A stretch of DNA of 64,000 nucleotides. Origin: Savitreella phatthalungensis. Taxonomy: Eukaryota. Below are positions 50,785 through 61,962 of the stretch, one piece after another (position 1 is the stretch's first letter; every line of letters starts with the position of its first letter). Made by a program: the position numbers and the translations under genes. Under the pieces are notes generated by a model. It saw nothing but the letters and a program-made list of their open reading frames with translations, was not told where the DNA came from and ran no database searches. The stretch covers positions 124,001 through 188,000 of the forward strand of contig AP039689.1 of the NCBI GenBank assembly GCA_051599415.1. Direction: 5' to 3'.

Positions 50785-53709
50785 ATGCCTGACGATTCTA
50801 CTAGTCCTGAGAGGCCTAGTGCAGAAGACTGGCTAGGATGTTTGAATGAGGAACAACGCGCTTGTGTCGAACATGACGCAGATGTACTCCAGATCTTAGC
50901 TGGTCCAGGGTCTGGCAAAACGCGCGTTCTGACTACTCGTATAGCATACACTGTCCTCCAGAGACACATTCCACCGGAGCACATCGTTGTCGTCACCTTC
51001 ACTAACAAGGCTGCCAGAGAGCTCAAGGAGCGGCTGGCCTGTATCCTCGGCGCTACCGCAAGCAAGCGGCTAATCGTCGGCACGTTCCACTCTGTCGCAC
51101 TTCGATACCTTCAACGATACGGAAGCAGTCTACCAGATCTACCAGATCGCATCCTCGTCGCAGACACGGGTGACTCGCGCAACGTCGTAGCCAAAGTACT
51201 GCGTGCATCACGAAAGAACACAAACGCCGATACTGAGGAAGGACGTCAACTGAGCCCGAGCGCCGTCCTCGCTCATATCAGCAGTCTAAAATCTCGTTGC
51301 GTCACAGTCGATCGTCTACGAGTCTCCGTCAATGCCAAAGACTGTCCCCTGAAGCTCTCCTCGACTTCCCGGGAAGAAGTCCTCAGAGTCTATGAGGCGT
51401 ACCAAGCCCATCTGCGCGACCACGGTCTCCTTGACTTTGATGATCTCATGGTCGAAGGCATTCGTCTGTTCCAGGAACAGCCTCAAATACTAGACCGTGT
51501 AGCCTGCGTCTTCGTGGACGAGTTTCAAGACACGTCGAAGCAGCAGTACGAGCTTATGAGGTTGCTGGCGCGATCGGCAGGTCGTTTGACTGTTGTAGGA
51601 GACCACGACCAGAGTATTTACGGCTTCCGAGCGGCTGATATCGAGAACTTTCTTCGCATGCACAAAACCTATCCGCACTGCGTCGAGCTCCATCTGAAGT
51701 TGAACTACCGTTCATCCGGCGCAATCGTTTTTGCTGCCGCCTCCCTCATCGAGCAGGACTGTGCGCGCCCGGCAAAATCACTAGAAGCCAAGAACAGTAT
51801 CGGCGCACAGCCCGTTTTCCGCAAGCTCGAGACGGCGCAAAGCGAGGCCGATTGGCTAGCATGCGAGATCCAGCGTGTTCTGGGCGCTTCTCGGGGACTG
51901 CTAGACGAGAACGATATTGCTATCCTTGTCAGAAGTGCCTCGCTGACATTGCCGATCGAACAGGCACTACAGCGTGCATCGATTCGCTACCGCATGGTCA
52001 ATGCGCGCAAGTTCCTAGAGCGGCCGCACATTCGTACCCTCATTGCGTACCTCAGGGTGGTCCAAGATTCGAAATCACCAAGTCTTCTCCAGATCATCAA
52101 CGTCCCGGCTCGCAAGTTCGGTGACACGTCGCTCGATGCCTTGCAAGCTGAAGCATCCCGTAGAGGATGCACTCCTTGGCAGGTCCTTCGCCAGGTCGCA
52201 CGTGGTCGCTGTCAATTGGGCAAAAAACGAGATGCCAAGCTAGAAGTCCGGTTGGCGAAGCTCGTCGCCGCCATTGAGAAAGCACAAAGCCTCCAGCATG
52301 CGGGTATGGCGGACCTCATCACTGCCCTTATCGACGACATTGCATACGTCGATCATCTCAAGCACGCATACCCTGAAGACTGGAAGGATCGGATCGATGA
52401 CGTCGAGCAATTCAAAGCAACGGCTGATGTTCTGGCTGCCGAATCGGAAGACTTGACCTTCGATGGCATTATGCCAGAAGAGTCTCCACTCGACCGCCTG
52501 ATGAACGCACTTTCGCTCATGTCTGACTCTGGCGACGGCTCTGAATCTAGCAACGCGTTGCCTCAAGTCTCCATCAGTACGATCCACAGTGCCAAAGGAC
52601 TCGAATGGGGCTGTGTCTTCGTCCCGGGCTGCTATGAAGGATCACTCCCCTCCTCACGAGCCGTCGAGGACGGCGAGCTAGACGAAGAACGCCGTCTACT
52701 ATACGTCGGCATGACGCGAGCCAAGGCCCTCCTATATCTGTCCTATCCTCGCAGATCTGCTCGCCAAGCGGACGTCTCTGCGAGTCAATTTCTTGAGCAC
52801 AGCGCCATGAAGCCTTTATTCACCGATCGCGGTCCACGTTTCGATGTCCATTGGCTGATTGAGTCTGCCTCCATCCTCGGTCGCTCTTGTCCCAGTACAA
52901 GGGATCACAACATTATCGCCTCAAGCCATATCGACGACAATTATAATGACCGGCCGGCATCCGTCTTAGCTGATGAGAGCTATGATGCACGCGTTTTGTC
53001 CCGCTGGCGAGCAGAGCGTACGCTATCAGGCGCATCAATCGACTCGTCTGTAAACGCTTCTTCTTCGTTTACACCGGTTAGCGCCACGGAGGCACAAGCC
53101 ACGTGGCGATCTGCTCGATCCTGGCACACGGGCCAGACGACAACGATGATGCAGCTTGTCTCAAGCAGCGCACAGGCCGTTGACAGCGCCGTCGGTTTTG
53201 CTTCAGCGCGGCGCGTCCTCGACTCTTTGACAGACGAGCAAATACAAGCTCAACAGGCTCGCGACGCGCAGCGTTATGCTCCGAAGGCTGTCAGACCTAA
53301 TTCGTCCCAGAAGCGGCCGAAGATCAGTGCGACATCACAGCCAGAGAAGACGATTACAAAGCCAAGCCGGACTCTCGACTCGTTCTTTGTCGCGTCCACA
53401 AGACCCCAGACCAAGCGCTCGACAAACAGTCTTGACCCGCTGCCTCGCCTTCCAACAGCGTCTGCACCGAGCACGGCTCCCGAGCGGCCATTGCCTGGTC
53501 TACAGCGGTCCGAGACTGTTGCAGTGCAAGATGACTATCGCCATGTCATTCTCTCTTCATCGCCCGAGAGACCTCCGCCTTTGCCGCGGCCCTCTCAGCA
53601 TTTGCCAGGAGGGAATTACCAGGCCATGTCTGTGAAGAGCGAATTGCCAAATCCACCGCCGCGGAAGAAGCGTTTGGGAGCACGCATTCCCATGAGCATG
53701 ACCTTGTAA
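50785..53709 (+). CDS. SRS2: UvrD/Srs2 family 3'-5' DNA helicase
   Basis: ILAGPGSGKTRVLT, TFTNKAARE, VDEFQDT, VGDHDQSIYGFR, NYRS, STIHSAKGLEW, EERRLLYVGMTRA; disordered tail. Confidence 0.93.
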   Translation: MPDDSTSPERPSAEDWLGCLNEEQRACVEHDADVLQILAGPGSGKTRVLTTRIAYTVLQRHIPPEHIVVVTFTNKAARELKERLACILGATASKRLIVGTFHSVALRYLQRYGSSLPDLPDRILVADTGDSRNVVAKVLRASRKNTNADTEEGRQLSPSAVLAHISSLKSRCVTVDRLRVSVNAKDCPLKLSSTSREEVLRVYEAYQAHLRDHGLLDFDDLMVEGIRLFQEQPQILDRVACVFVDEFQDTSKQQYELMRLLARSAGRLTVVGDHDQSIYGFRAADIENFLRMHKTYPHCVELHLKLNYRSSGAIVFAAASLIEQDCARPAKSLEAKNSIGAQPVFRKLETAQSEADWLACEIQRVLGASRGLLDENDIAILVRSASLTLPIEQALQRASIRYRMVNARKFLERPHIRTLIAYLRVVQDSKSPSLLQIINVPARKFGDTSLDALQAEASRRGCTPWQVLRQVARGRCQLGKKRDAKLEVRLAKLVAAIEKAQSLQHAGMADLITALIDDIAYVDHLKHAYPEDWKDRIDDVEQFKATADVLAAESEDLTFDGIMPEESPLDRLMNALSLMSDSGDGSESSNALPQVSISTIHSAKGLEWGCVFVPGCYEGSLPSSRAVEDGELDEERRLLYVGMTRAKALLYLSYPRRSARQADVSASQFLEHSAMKPLFTDRGPRFDVHWLIESASILGRSCPSTRDHNIIASSHIDDNYNDRPASVLADESYDARVLSRWRAERTLSGASIDSSVNASSSFTPVSATEAQATWRSARSWHTGQTTTMMQLVSSSAQAVDSAVGFASARRVLDSLTDEQIQAQQARDAQRYAPKAVRPNSSQKRPKISATSQPEKTITKPSRTLDSFFVASTRPQTKRSTNSLDPLPRLPTASAPSTAPERPLPGLQRSETVAVQDDYRHVILSSSPERPPPLPRPSQHLPGGNYQAMSVKSELPNPPPRKKRLGARIPMSMTL

Positions 53710-53800
53710 ATAATCGACCAGCACACGAGATCCCCGTTCAGGTCTTTAAATATGTACACTAAGAATTGTATTTACATGTGTGACCGACACGATCAGCACC

Positions 53801-54430
53801 TCATGCTAGTGAAAATCCATGACGTCCAATATAACCATCAAGCGGAACCTGCTGTGGCTCGTGCCCGACGCGTTTCTCTGTCGCACATTGACCTCGAGTA
53901 CGCCAATCGACAGTACTCGTCGATGACGACTGCGTCGGCAAGATATCATCCATCTCCATGTCCACTGCCTGCGATGCAGCAGCAGTCACAGGAGTCGTCC
54001 GCAGCCCTGAATGTATCTCGTCCGTCGGGGGAGTCAACAAGGCCTCGTTGGCTTTTCTGACACCGTCAAGACCTTCCTCCGCAGCCACCCAATCCACCTT
54101 GCGCGCAGCACCCATCAAAAGCGCGAGCGTCCTCTGCGCCTTCACCTGCTCGCTTTCTCGCGGATCCGATCGACCTGTACCGCGCTTGCGCGTGCGCTCT
54201 ATATGCGGACGATCGGACACCGCCGCGGGGACCTCACTCCCGTCTCGCGAGCGCTTGGTCCCGCGGTGATCGTTGCACGGGTTGTAATTGAGCGCGCGTG
54301 CCTGACCGAGCGTCATCGTGTAGTTGCCCAACCCGGAAGCACCGCTGTCGACCGCGCGATTCATGTGGTGCAGTGACGACGCCGGCGGACCGCGCGGATG
54401 CTGCCATCTCAGATCACCACCGGACGACAT
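53801..54430 (-). CDS. Hypothetical, largely disordered protein
   Basis: 209 aa ATG ORF filling the gap between SRS2 and the kinase; basic NLS-like patches (TKRSR, RTRKR). Confidence 0.5.
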   Translation of the reverse strand: MSSGGDLRWQHPRGPPASSLHHMNRAVDSGASGLGNYTMTLGQARALNYNPCNDHRGTKRSRDGSEVPAAVSDRPHIERTRKRGTGRSDPRESEQVKAQRTLALLMGAARKVDWVAAEEGLDGVRKANEALLTPPTDEIHSGLRTTPVTAAASQAVDMEMDDILPTQSSSTSTVDWRTRGQCATEKRVGHEPQQVPLDGYIGRHGFSLA

Positions 54431-54689
54431 CTCCCAAGCAAGAACCTGAAACCAGGACAGGAATGCGACAACAGAGATGTCCGCGAATGTGATCGTGTGC
54501 GCGTAAGTGCGCGTCTTTATTTTGTAAATTCAGACTGGAAATTCATTCATTCGATCATCGCGTCGTTGCCAAACGAATTCAATGCCTCATTAGGTCACAC
54601 AAAAGTTGCCACTCGACCCTCATCAGAGAGACAAATCATCAGATCGTAAATCATGCTTGTATACTCGTACTGCGACGGTCGTATAGTGC

Positions 54690-56649
54690 TCAAAGGCGAC
54701 TTTGTAGGGTATTCAGATCAGTGTCGATCAGGATGCGCCTGCGCGTGGGTTCTCCATGACGGCTGCCAGCGATGCGCCATTTGACTGGCGGGTCGTCGTT
54801 CGTGATCGTTGTTGATGCCTCTACTATCGAAGCACTTCTTTTGCGAGGGGTCATAGCACCTACTTCGTCCATTCGAGGCACAGGAGAGACGCGCATGACC
54901 AGAGGTGGGCCAATATCGTTACCACCCTGATGGCGCGCATTCCAGGCGTCGCATGCGCAAGCCCGCCAAGCTGCATCCAGCGCAGCCTTGTGTCTTGCCA
55001 GCCATGGGTGCAAAAGCGCCGTCTCCGCCGTCAGTCTCTTCGACACCTGCTCCTGTAGAAGTGCAGAGACAAAAGCAGGACCGTCAGCCGACACATACTC
55101 GATCGGTGGCACAAGTCCACCGTGCTCGAAATGTGGACGAGTAGCTGCATCTTTCCATTCCTGGACTCGCGCCGAGAGATCATAGATAGGCTTACCTGTC
55201 AAGATCCGCCTGAACGTTAAATGACTTGTCTCGCCGTAGATTACAAACGGCGCACGGCCAACCAGCAATTCGTAGGCGATGCATCCAAGACTCCTGAGAC
55301 AGAACTTGGTTAGTTGAGTGATAGTAAATTGTGATGTGTGGATGAACATACCACATGTCTACCTCGGGTCCGTACGACGTCTTCGTCGTTCGCGGTCCAG
55401 CACGAACTACCTCCGGAGCCATGTTGCCAACAGTGCCTATCTGAGAAAACATCCTCAGCCTCAGGTCCATCTCAGAGGCGGCAGGACCCACAGCGTCGCC
55501 GTCACGAACCGATCGAAATCTAGCAGCTGCGCCAAAATCAGTCAACACAACTCTGGCGTCACCTCTCGGCTGAGCTAGCAACACATTCTCGAGCTTGAGA
55601 TCGCGATGAGCAATCCCACTTGCATGCAGGTATGCCAAAGCGTTTGCGAGCTGGTAAACAATGAGTCTGGCGTGCATCTCGCCTTCACCAGGTCTGGTGG
55701 CCGGTCTGCCCGGCGTATGCAGGAGGCTGAATAGATCGCCACCTGGCATGAGCTCTGTGAAGAACCAGATACTGCTTGGAGAGTCAACGATCTGGAGTGT
55801 GCGGATGATGTTGGGGTGTGCGATCTCCTGAAGGATGTCCTTCTCACGTCGATCGTCTGCGTGGTGGTGGGCGTAGAGTGCGCGGTCTACCAGCTTGCAA
55901 GCCGCCTGGGCGCGCGTGTGCCGGTTGTACGCCAGCAGGACCTTGCCAAATGATCCCTGACCCAACACCCGTCTTGTCACGTGCCAAATCAGCGACACCT
56001 CCGATCGGCGCTCGTGCGTCAGCGACGCTCCCAAGTCAGCTTTCCGATGCTGTCGGAACTCAATCGTCGCCACACCAGACACTTCCAGACGATCACCGTC
56101 CGTGAGAAGCACACTGTGGCCTTTGCCGATGCGTGCTTGCGCAGCTTGAGTGCCAGCGAGCGCGTGGAACGTCCCATTGCGCGAGAGATCGAGCGCATAG
56201 ACGAGCGGGTACTCTGGATCGATTGCGACGACGTATATCCTGCAGTGGTATGCGGATACACGGACGTCTGAGAGCAAGACGTCTGCGTCGGTCGCTCGTC
56301 CGAAAGTCACGGTCTTGCCTAAACTGATTGGGATTGTCGCGGACGCAGCAGACGCAGCTATTGTCCAGGCGCTCTTGCTACCATCCAGATTGCGATGCAC
56401 GACAATGGAGGCAACCACACCGTCACGGCCGAGGACTGCATCCATCACTGAATCGTGTGGAGGTAAGCACGTCCGGTTGTCGAGAGTGAGTGTAGGACTT
56501 TCGTCCCGGACGGATGTTGAAGGCAGTGCAGAATCTTTCGAGGAAACTGCCCTGGCTGCAAAGACCTTGCTTGTAGAGGTGGTTGGCGGCGCCTTGGACT
56601 GCTTCGGCGCGAGCGCCTTGAATCCTTTAGGCTTCATGGCAAACGGCAT
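54690..56649 (-). CDS. MEK1: FHA-domain Ser/Thr kinase, Mek1/Chk2-like; two exons (56649-55352, 55293-54690), 633 aa
   Basis: FHA (FGR...VSAYH...DLSRNGT) followed by a kinase domain (GQGSFGKV, HRDLKLENVLL, DFG, APE). Splicing restores DMW-SLGCIAYELLVG. The MEK1 versus CHK2/DUN1 assignment is by resemblance. Confidence 0.8.
55294..55351 (-). other. Spliceosomal intron, 58 nt
   Basis: GTATGT donor, ACTAAC branch point, CAG acceptor. Removal rejoins the TG|G Trp codon in frame. Confidence 0.93.
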
Positions 56650-56901
56650 AGAAAGCAAGCTGGAGTATCCTGATGGGTGTCGTCTATCTTAGCTACATGT
56701 ATGTGTCGATGGGCATTGCTACTACTCCTAGTTTCCCGTGGCACGCGACGGTGGCGAATGGATGTTTCAAGTTGATTACACACTCGCATCCACAGCGACG
56801 TATCGACTTCACGAATGGGTTATGTGGAGGTGGTCTTCTCGTCGTCGGAGGAGTACACACATCATATAGAGATTGTTGTCTACGGATTGAGCGATCTATG
56901 C

Positions 56902-59900
56902 TTAATGCTGGAGGTGCAATTTCTTTGAGGACTTCTTCTTGCTGCTTCCAGGTGCCACGGTAGGGATACTGGATTTCGACAGTTTTGGAGATCCCGGGAC
57001 GGATGGGTATGATGAAGAGCCGCCGTCGTCCGGCGTCATGTGCCCCTCGCCCTCGTGATAGAGCTCGTCCATGTTGAGCGGTTTGGCTGTCGCGAGCTTG
57101 GATGTTGCACGCCGACTGCCGAACTTGTTGCCGGATCCTTTGCCGGAGGCGGCAGCGGCAGCAGCTGCGGCTTGCTGTGCAGCTGCTAGCCGATCTGCTT
57201 TCTCTGCGTCCTCGTCCGTGAGCAGCCAGGAGACAACATCGCGAGACGCAGTCTTCTGCTGCTGGAAGTCAACGCCACCACCACCTTGGCGGTAGTCACC
57301 ACCGGAGATGACCACCTTCTGCACCTCTTCCTTCTGCTTTGCGCGGTGGAGGATGCGTTCCTCGATCGTGTTGCGTGTGATCAGGCGATAGACAGTCACT
57401 TGCTTTGTCTGGCCCAATCTATGTGCGCGGTCCATAGCTTGCGAGTCGATCGTCGGATTCCAGTCAGAGTCGTAGAAGATGACGGTGTCTGCGGCTGTCA
57501 GGTTGATACCGAGCCCACCTGCACGTGTCGACAGCAGGAAGACAAATAGCTCCGGACGCGTCTGCCAGTCACTAACCATATCACGCCGATCGCTGATCTT
57601 CGAGCTACCGTCGAGACGCAGATACTTATACTGCCGGTAGATTAGATATTCCTCCATCAGGTCGATCATTCGCGTCATCTGGAAGTACAGTAGAACACGA
57701 TGGTCGTTGCGCTTCAGCTCGGCGAGCAAGGCATCAAGCTTCGCCAATTTACCACTGTTGGCGATGAATGAATCCATCGATGGCACACGGATACTGTTGA
57801 ATCCGCGACGTTCTTGATCAAGGTGGGGCAAGAGTGGTGGCATATTGTCCACAGCGAGGTTGCGTGTGACAATCTCGGATTCTTCCGGCAGTGAGGGACC
57901 GTATAGCATCCGACGAATACTCGGCGAGAAAAGACGCTCCTCGTGTTGCCTTGTGAAGGTCGAGTCGGGGCACGAGACGTCAACGACTGGGGCTGACGCT
58001 TTCGCATCGTACATCGGGTTGATGTAGTGAAGGAGCTGAGCTCGGCAGTAGTCCCTGCGGATATTCATGAGATGAGCAAGAGGTCCGAGAGGCGTGACGT
58101 TCTTCGGTAAGATCGAAATTTGTAGAGGATGCTTTGAGATCCCGCATCGTCGGGCAGCTTGCTGCCAGCCAGCCACAGGATCCTGTCGCGCGCGCAACAC
58201 TTCTGCTGCAGAGAGGCCTGCTAGACGAGCGCTTGCGAAGGCCGTGCTACCCATAGCGTTATCTGGTCTGTAGATATCTAGCATGCTGGCCAACTTTCTG
58301 CGCATTCCGAGGTCGGATGTTTCGGCAGGACGTGACATCTCAAAGACAAGTCGCGGCACATTCAGCTTAACAGCAGCGCGCGTGGCATAAGCAATATCGA
58401 GCTGCGGACGAGCTTGTACCTTTGCAATGCTTGGTCCGGCAGGGTAGATGCCAAAGTTCAACGGAGAGCGTACGTCTGCACGCTCAAATAGATCAGGATG
58501 GTTGCAGACCTTTCGAAGTTGCATGACGAGGTTCATGAGACTAGACAGATCGCCATCGCCACCAGAAGCTGCACGCTCGATGATGTCTTTCATCGAGATC
58601 TGCCTGCGGACAGCCGCGTAGAGCTCCCTCTGACGCATGTTGAGATCACAGAAGACATCAAGCTCGATCTTGTCACCTAGCTCCTTCTGCACGTTCTTCT
58701 TCACTCGGCGAAGCATGAAAGGCTTGAGGATCATGTGGAGACGGCGGAGCTGCTGTTCGTTCAGCTCGCTGTTCTTCTGCGCGTGGTTCTCAATGTCCTT
58801 GGAGAACCACTCCGAGAACTCATCATGGGAATCGAAGAGAGTCGGCATGATGAAATGCAACAGAGCCCATAGTTCCTGCATGGTATTCTGGATGGGTGTA
58901 CCGGTGAGGAGAAGCCGATTGCGGCACTTGAATGCCAAGAGAGCTTTCCAGCGGGAGGACGAGGAACTTTTGATAGCCTGTGCTTCGTCGAGAATCATGT
59001 ATTGCCACTTGACACCTTTGAAGTACTGAGCGTCTTGGACGACGAGCTGGTAGGATGTGACAACGACATGGAATGGCGCATCTTCTGTGTACTTGAGTCG
59101 CTTACGATCCCAAAACTTTCTCAGGACTTTGCGATCCTTTTGGCTACCCCAGTACGGCAGTGGCTTCAGCCGGGGAACGAATTTGACAATTTCCTGTTGC
59201 CAATTGTGGAGTGTGGAAGCTGGTGCGATGACTAGGAACGGTCCCCAGATGCCATACGTCTCTGCAAGATGAGCCATGACTGAAATACTCTGGACCGTCT
59301 TGCCGAGGCCCATCTCGTCCGCCAGGATACCGTTGATACCCTGCTCGTACAAGTTGACGAGCCAATTGAGACCCTTGAGCTGGTACTCTTTGAGTGTGCA
59401 GGACAGTAGACCAGGTTGTTTGATGTCGGCGGCGCCGAGTGTTGTCGGGTTCTGGAAGTCGAGGTCCATGGCGTCTGGATCTGATTGCTGAGGGTCTCGC
59501 CCGCCCGCCTCGTCGTCGAAGCCCTGGGCTTTCTCTCTGGCAGAGTCGACTGCAGCTTGAGCATTGCGCGCAGCCGCTCGGCGCAGAGCTTCGTCGTCGT
59601 CTGCATCGAAATCGAGAGGCGCATCGATCTCACCTGGCTTGAGTGGCTCGGCGACATCTGGCAGCTCGTTGCCTCGACGCACGGGGATAATGGCTGGTCC
59701 ATCACCTTCACCCGCTTCCGCTTCGTCGGTCTTGATCTTCTTTCCGATGAAGTGGGAATAGATCTCGGTCTGGGATATCAAGAAGTTGAGCTTGCGCGAT
59801 TGACGACGTGCCTCGCGTTCCTCTTCTTCCTTCTTTGCCTTGTCTAGCAGCTCGCGCTCGGCTTTTTGCCTATCGAGCTTCTCGCCACGCTCGTTGCGCT

Positions 59901-61323
59901 TCCAGAAGACAAGGACTTCACGCATCGCGCGTTTTGCTCGCATCTGGACGTCCTTGAGCGATTTGTTCGTTCGCATTTGCCACCGACGAGCTTGAGTGGC
60001 ACACATCTGGACAGTCTTTTTCTGGTTTGAAAGTCGTGTTGACTGGATCTGCGTCACGTACTTGTGTACACGCGGAATCTCGCGTCTGCAAATATGCAGC
60101 CATATAGCGCTCTGTAGTTCTTCTACAGCATCGATTGGTTCAGGTTGCGGTACTTCTTGCGCCTGTGTCTCGACTGTCATCACGGATGCTGTCTCCAGGA
60201 GACTGTCATCTGCAGCACTGGCGGCAATGGCAGCTGCAGCCGCGGCTGCGGAAGCAGCTGCAACGGATTCAGCTGTGACTGCTTCTTCGCGCTTCTTCTT
60301 ACTGCGGTTTCGGCTGCGGGATGGTGGCTCCTCGACCGCCGGTACTTCTGGTGAGACTTTTGGAGGTGCCATGGCAACGCGTTGTGCGGCAGCATATGCA
60401 GCTGCAGCAGCTGCATGCTCTTCTTGCCATCGCTTCTGTCGAGCTTCGAGCTGCTGCGCTCGATATTCCCTGATGTTACCGACATCGAGTGTGGCGCGAT
60501 GATGGGCTTCATAGCGAGCTGCATTTTCAAAAGCTTTCTTGCCGAGTCTTGCACGTTTCTCGAGCATTTGGACCAGACGAATGGACTGCTCCATGCGCCG
60601 TCGATTTTCGAGTTTGCCGTCGAGCTCATGCGCAAGACGCGCTCTTTTTGCCCATCGGAGATCCCACATTGCTTTTGGCACGCTGTAGGTCGAACTGCCG
60701 TAAGCATCGTGTGCGTGATCGTCGTCTTCCTCAGAAGAAAGGTCTTCTAATAAATCACCGGATCTCAGCGCAGTGGAAGGTGCGATTGACGGCGTAGCAT
60801 CTGAAACGACCGTGTCCGCGTCATCCTCATACTTGACTGCAGCTGCTCTGCTAGGCCGAGATCGCTTTGCAGGCGTCGGAACATCTCCAAGAGAGGATAT
60901 GGATCGTCGGCGGGCCTTCTTGCGCAATCGTGATGTAGATGTGGCGACTGGTGGTTCTACCGCTGGCGGTTCCTCCTCGGGAGCTTGGGATGAATGCTGC
61001 TGTGATTCCGCATGCCGTGGCGGTGCAAATTGATTGCCATTGAGCTCGCTTGCAGGCGTGGAAACGGTTGCAATAGTCTCCGACGGTCCTGAAAGAAGGG
61101 CTGAGATGCTCATGGCTGACCGAGATGGTGTATTGACTTGAGGCGGTGGCGCTGTCGATGCCATCTTGGGCGTGGAAGCATACATAGGAGCGGCGTCAGG
61201 AGTGTTGCCGTTCGGATAGGCTGCGTCGTGAAGATTCTGTGACGAGCCATTGCCGTTTGTGAATGATGAGCCAGTATGCGGCGGTGCGGATGGTCTGTCC
61301 GCATGTTTGACTGGGTCGTACAT
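56902..61323 (-). CDS. INO80: Chromatin-remodelling ATPase Ino80
   Basis: DBINO domain (REARRQSRKLNFLISQTEIYSHF); SNF2 motifs GILADEMGLGKT, LDEAQAIKS, LLTGTPIQN; split helicase with FLLSTRAGGLGINL and QAMDRAHRLGQ. Confidence 0.97.
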   Translation of the reverse strand: MYDPVKHADRPSAPPHTGSSFTNGNGSSQNLHDAAYPNGNTPDAAPMYASTPKMASTAPPPQVNTPSRSAMSISALLSGPSETIATVSTPASELNGNQFAPPRHAESQQHSSQAPEEEPPAVEPPVATSTSRLRKKARRRSISSLGDVPTPAKRSRPSRAAAVKYEDDADTVVSDATPSIAPSTALRSGDLLEDLSSEEDDDHAHDAYGSSTYSVPKAMWDLRWAKRARLAHELDGKLENRRRMEQSIRLVQMLEKRARLGKKAFENAARYEAHHRATLDVGNIREYRAQQLEARQKRWQEEHAAAAAAYAAAQRVAMAPPKVSPEVPAVEEPPSRSRNRSKKKREEAVTAESVAAASAAAAAAAIAASAADDSLLETASVMTVETQAQEVPQPEPIDAVEELQSAIWLHICRREIPRVHKYVTQIQSTRLSNQKKTVQMCATQARRWQMRTNKSLKDVQMRAKRAMREVLVFWKRNERGEKLDRQKAERELLDKAKKEEEEREARRQSRKLNFLISQTEIYSHFIGKKIKTDEAEAGEGDGPAIIPVRRGNELPDVAEPLKPGEIDAPLDFDADDDEALRRAAARNAQAAVDSAREKAQGFDDEAGGRDPQQSDPDAMDLDFQNPTTLGAADIKQPGLLSCTLKEYQLKGLNWLVNLYEQGINGILADEMGLGKTVQSISVMAHLAETYGIWGPFLVIAPASTLHNWQQEIVKFVPRLKPLPYWGSQKDRKVLRKFWDRKRLKYTEDAPFHVVVTSYQLVVQDAQYFKGVKWQYMILDEAQAIKSSSSSRWKALLAFKCRNRLLLTGTPIQNTMQELWALLHFIMPTLFDSHDEFSEWFSKDIENHAQKNSELNEQQLRRLHMILKPFMLRRVKKNVQKELGDKIELDVFCDLNMRQRELYAAVRRQISMKDIIERAASGGDGDLSSLMNLVMQLRKVCNHPDLFERADVRSPLNFGIYPAGPSIAKVQARPQLDIAYATRAAVKLNVPRLVFEMSRPAETSDLGMRRKLASMLDIYRPDNAMGSTAFASARLAGLSAAEVLRARQDPVAGWQQAARRCGISKHPLQISILPKNVTPLGPLAHLMNIRRDYCRAQLLHYINPMYDAKASAPVVDVSCPDSTFTRQHEERLFSPSIRRMLYGPSLPEESEIVTRNLAVDNMPPLLPHLDQERRGFNSIRVPSMDSFIANSGKLAKLDALLAELKRNDHRVLLYFQMTRMIDLMEEYLIYRQYKYLRLDGSSKISDRRDMVSDWQTRPELFVFLLSTRAGGLGINLTAADTVIFYDSDWNPTIDSQAMDRAHRLGQTKQVTVYRLITRNTIEERILHRAKQKEEVQKVVISGGDYRQGGGGVDFQQQKTASRDVVSWLLTDEDAEKADRLAAAQQAAAAAAAASGKGSGNKFGSRRATSKLATAKPLNMDELYHEGEGHMTPDDGGSSSYPSVPGSPKLSKSSIPTVAPGSSKKKSSKKLHLQH

Positions 61324-61754
61324 GGGCGTACTACGCGTCGGCGAACGCAGAGCAAAGGGAGCCAGGTTTGATCAGCTCGCCATGAGCACGCGTAAGAGGA
61401 ATAGGTTTCTTCGTCGATGTGGATACGGCCGGGGCGGTTTGGCCGGCGTTATAGGGATGAGTAGCTCGAGATGACCCGATAGATGCGCGCTTAAGGCCTA
61501 TGTGAGGCAATGTTATGCGCCGAAGTGAAAGAAGAGTGGTAGACACGCAGAGGACTACTTGGTCAGATGCTTAATTGCTTGATGCTTAGTTACTAATGTG
61601 ATGGGCAGGTGTTTAGTGGGTCGCTCGCTCGGACGGACGTGGGTGTGAGTATGCTAGTTGGGTGGTCGATTGCTTGCTATGGGAGGTAATGTGTTTGGGC
61701 TTTCGCATTCAATCATTCGTTTGGCATGGTTGGCTTCGGTGGTCTATTAGACTC

Positions 61755-61962
61755 TTGCTTGCTTGAATGCTTTGCTCTATTATCTTTGCGTTGTTGGGTT
61801 GACGCCTGCTTGCTTGCTTGGTTGGTTAGTTGTTCGGACACACCTGATACTCCATCATGCACACGCACCCTGTCTGAACATCCAATCCAGTCCACTCTAC
61901 AACGATTTCCTTCACTTTCATTCATTCATTCAATCATTCAATCGATCATCCATTCACATATT
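61755..61962. repeat. Degenerate (GCTT)n, (GGTT)n and (CATT)n tetranucleotide tracts upstream of INO80
   Basis: gcttgcttgctt, ggttggttagtt, cattcattcattcaatcattcaat. Confidence 0.6.
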
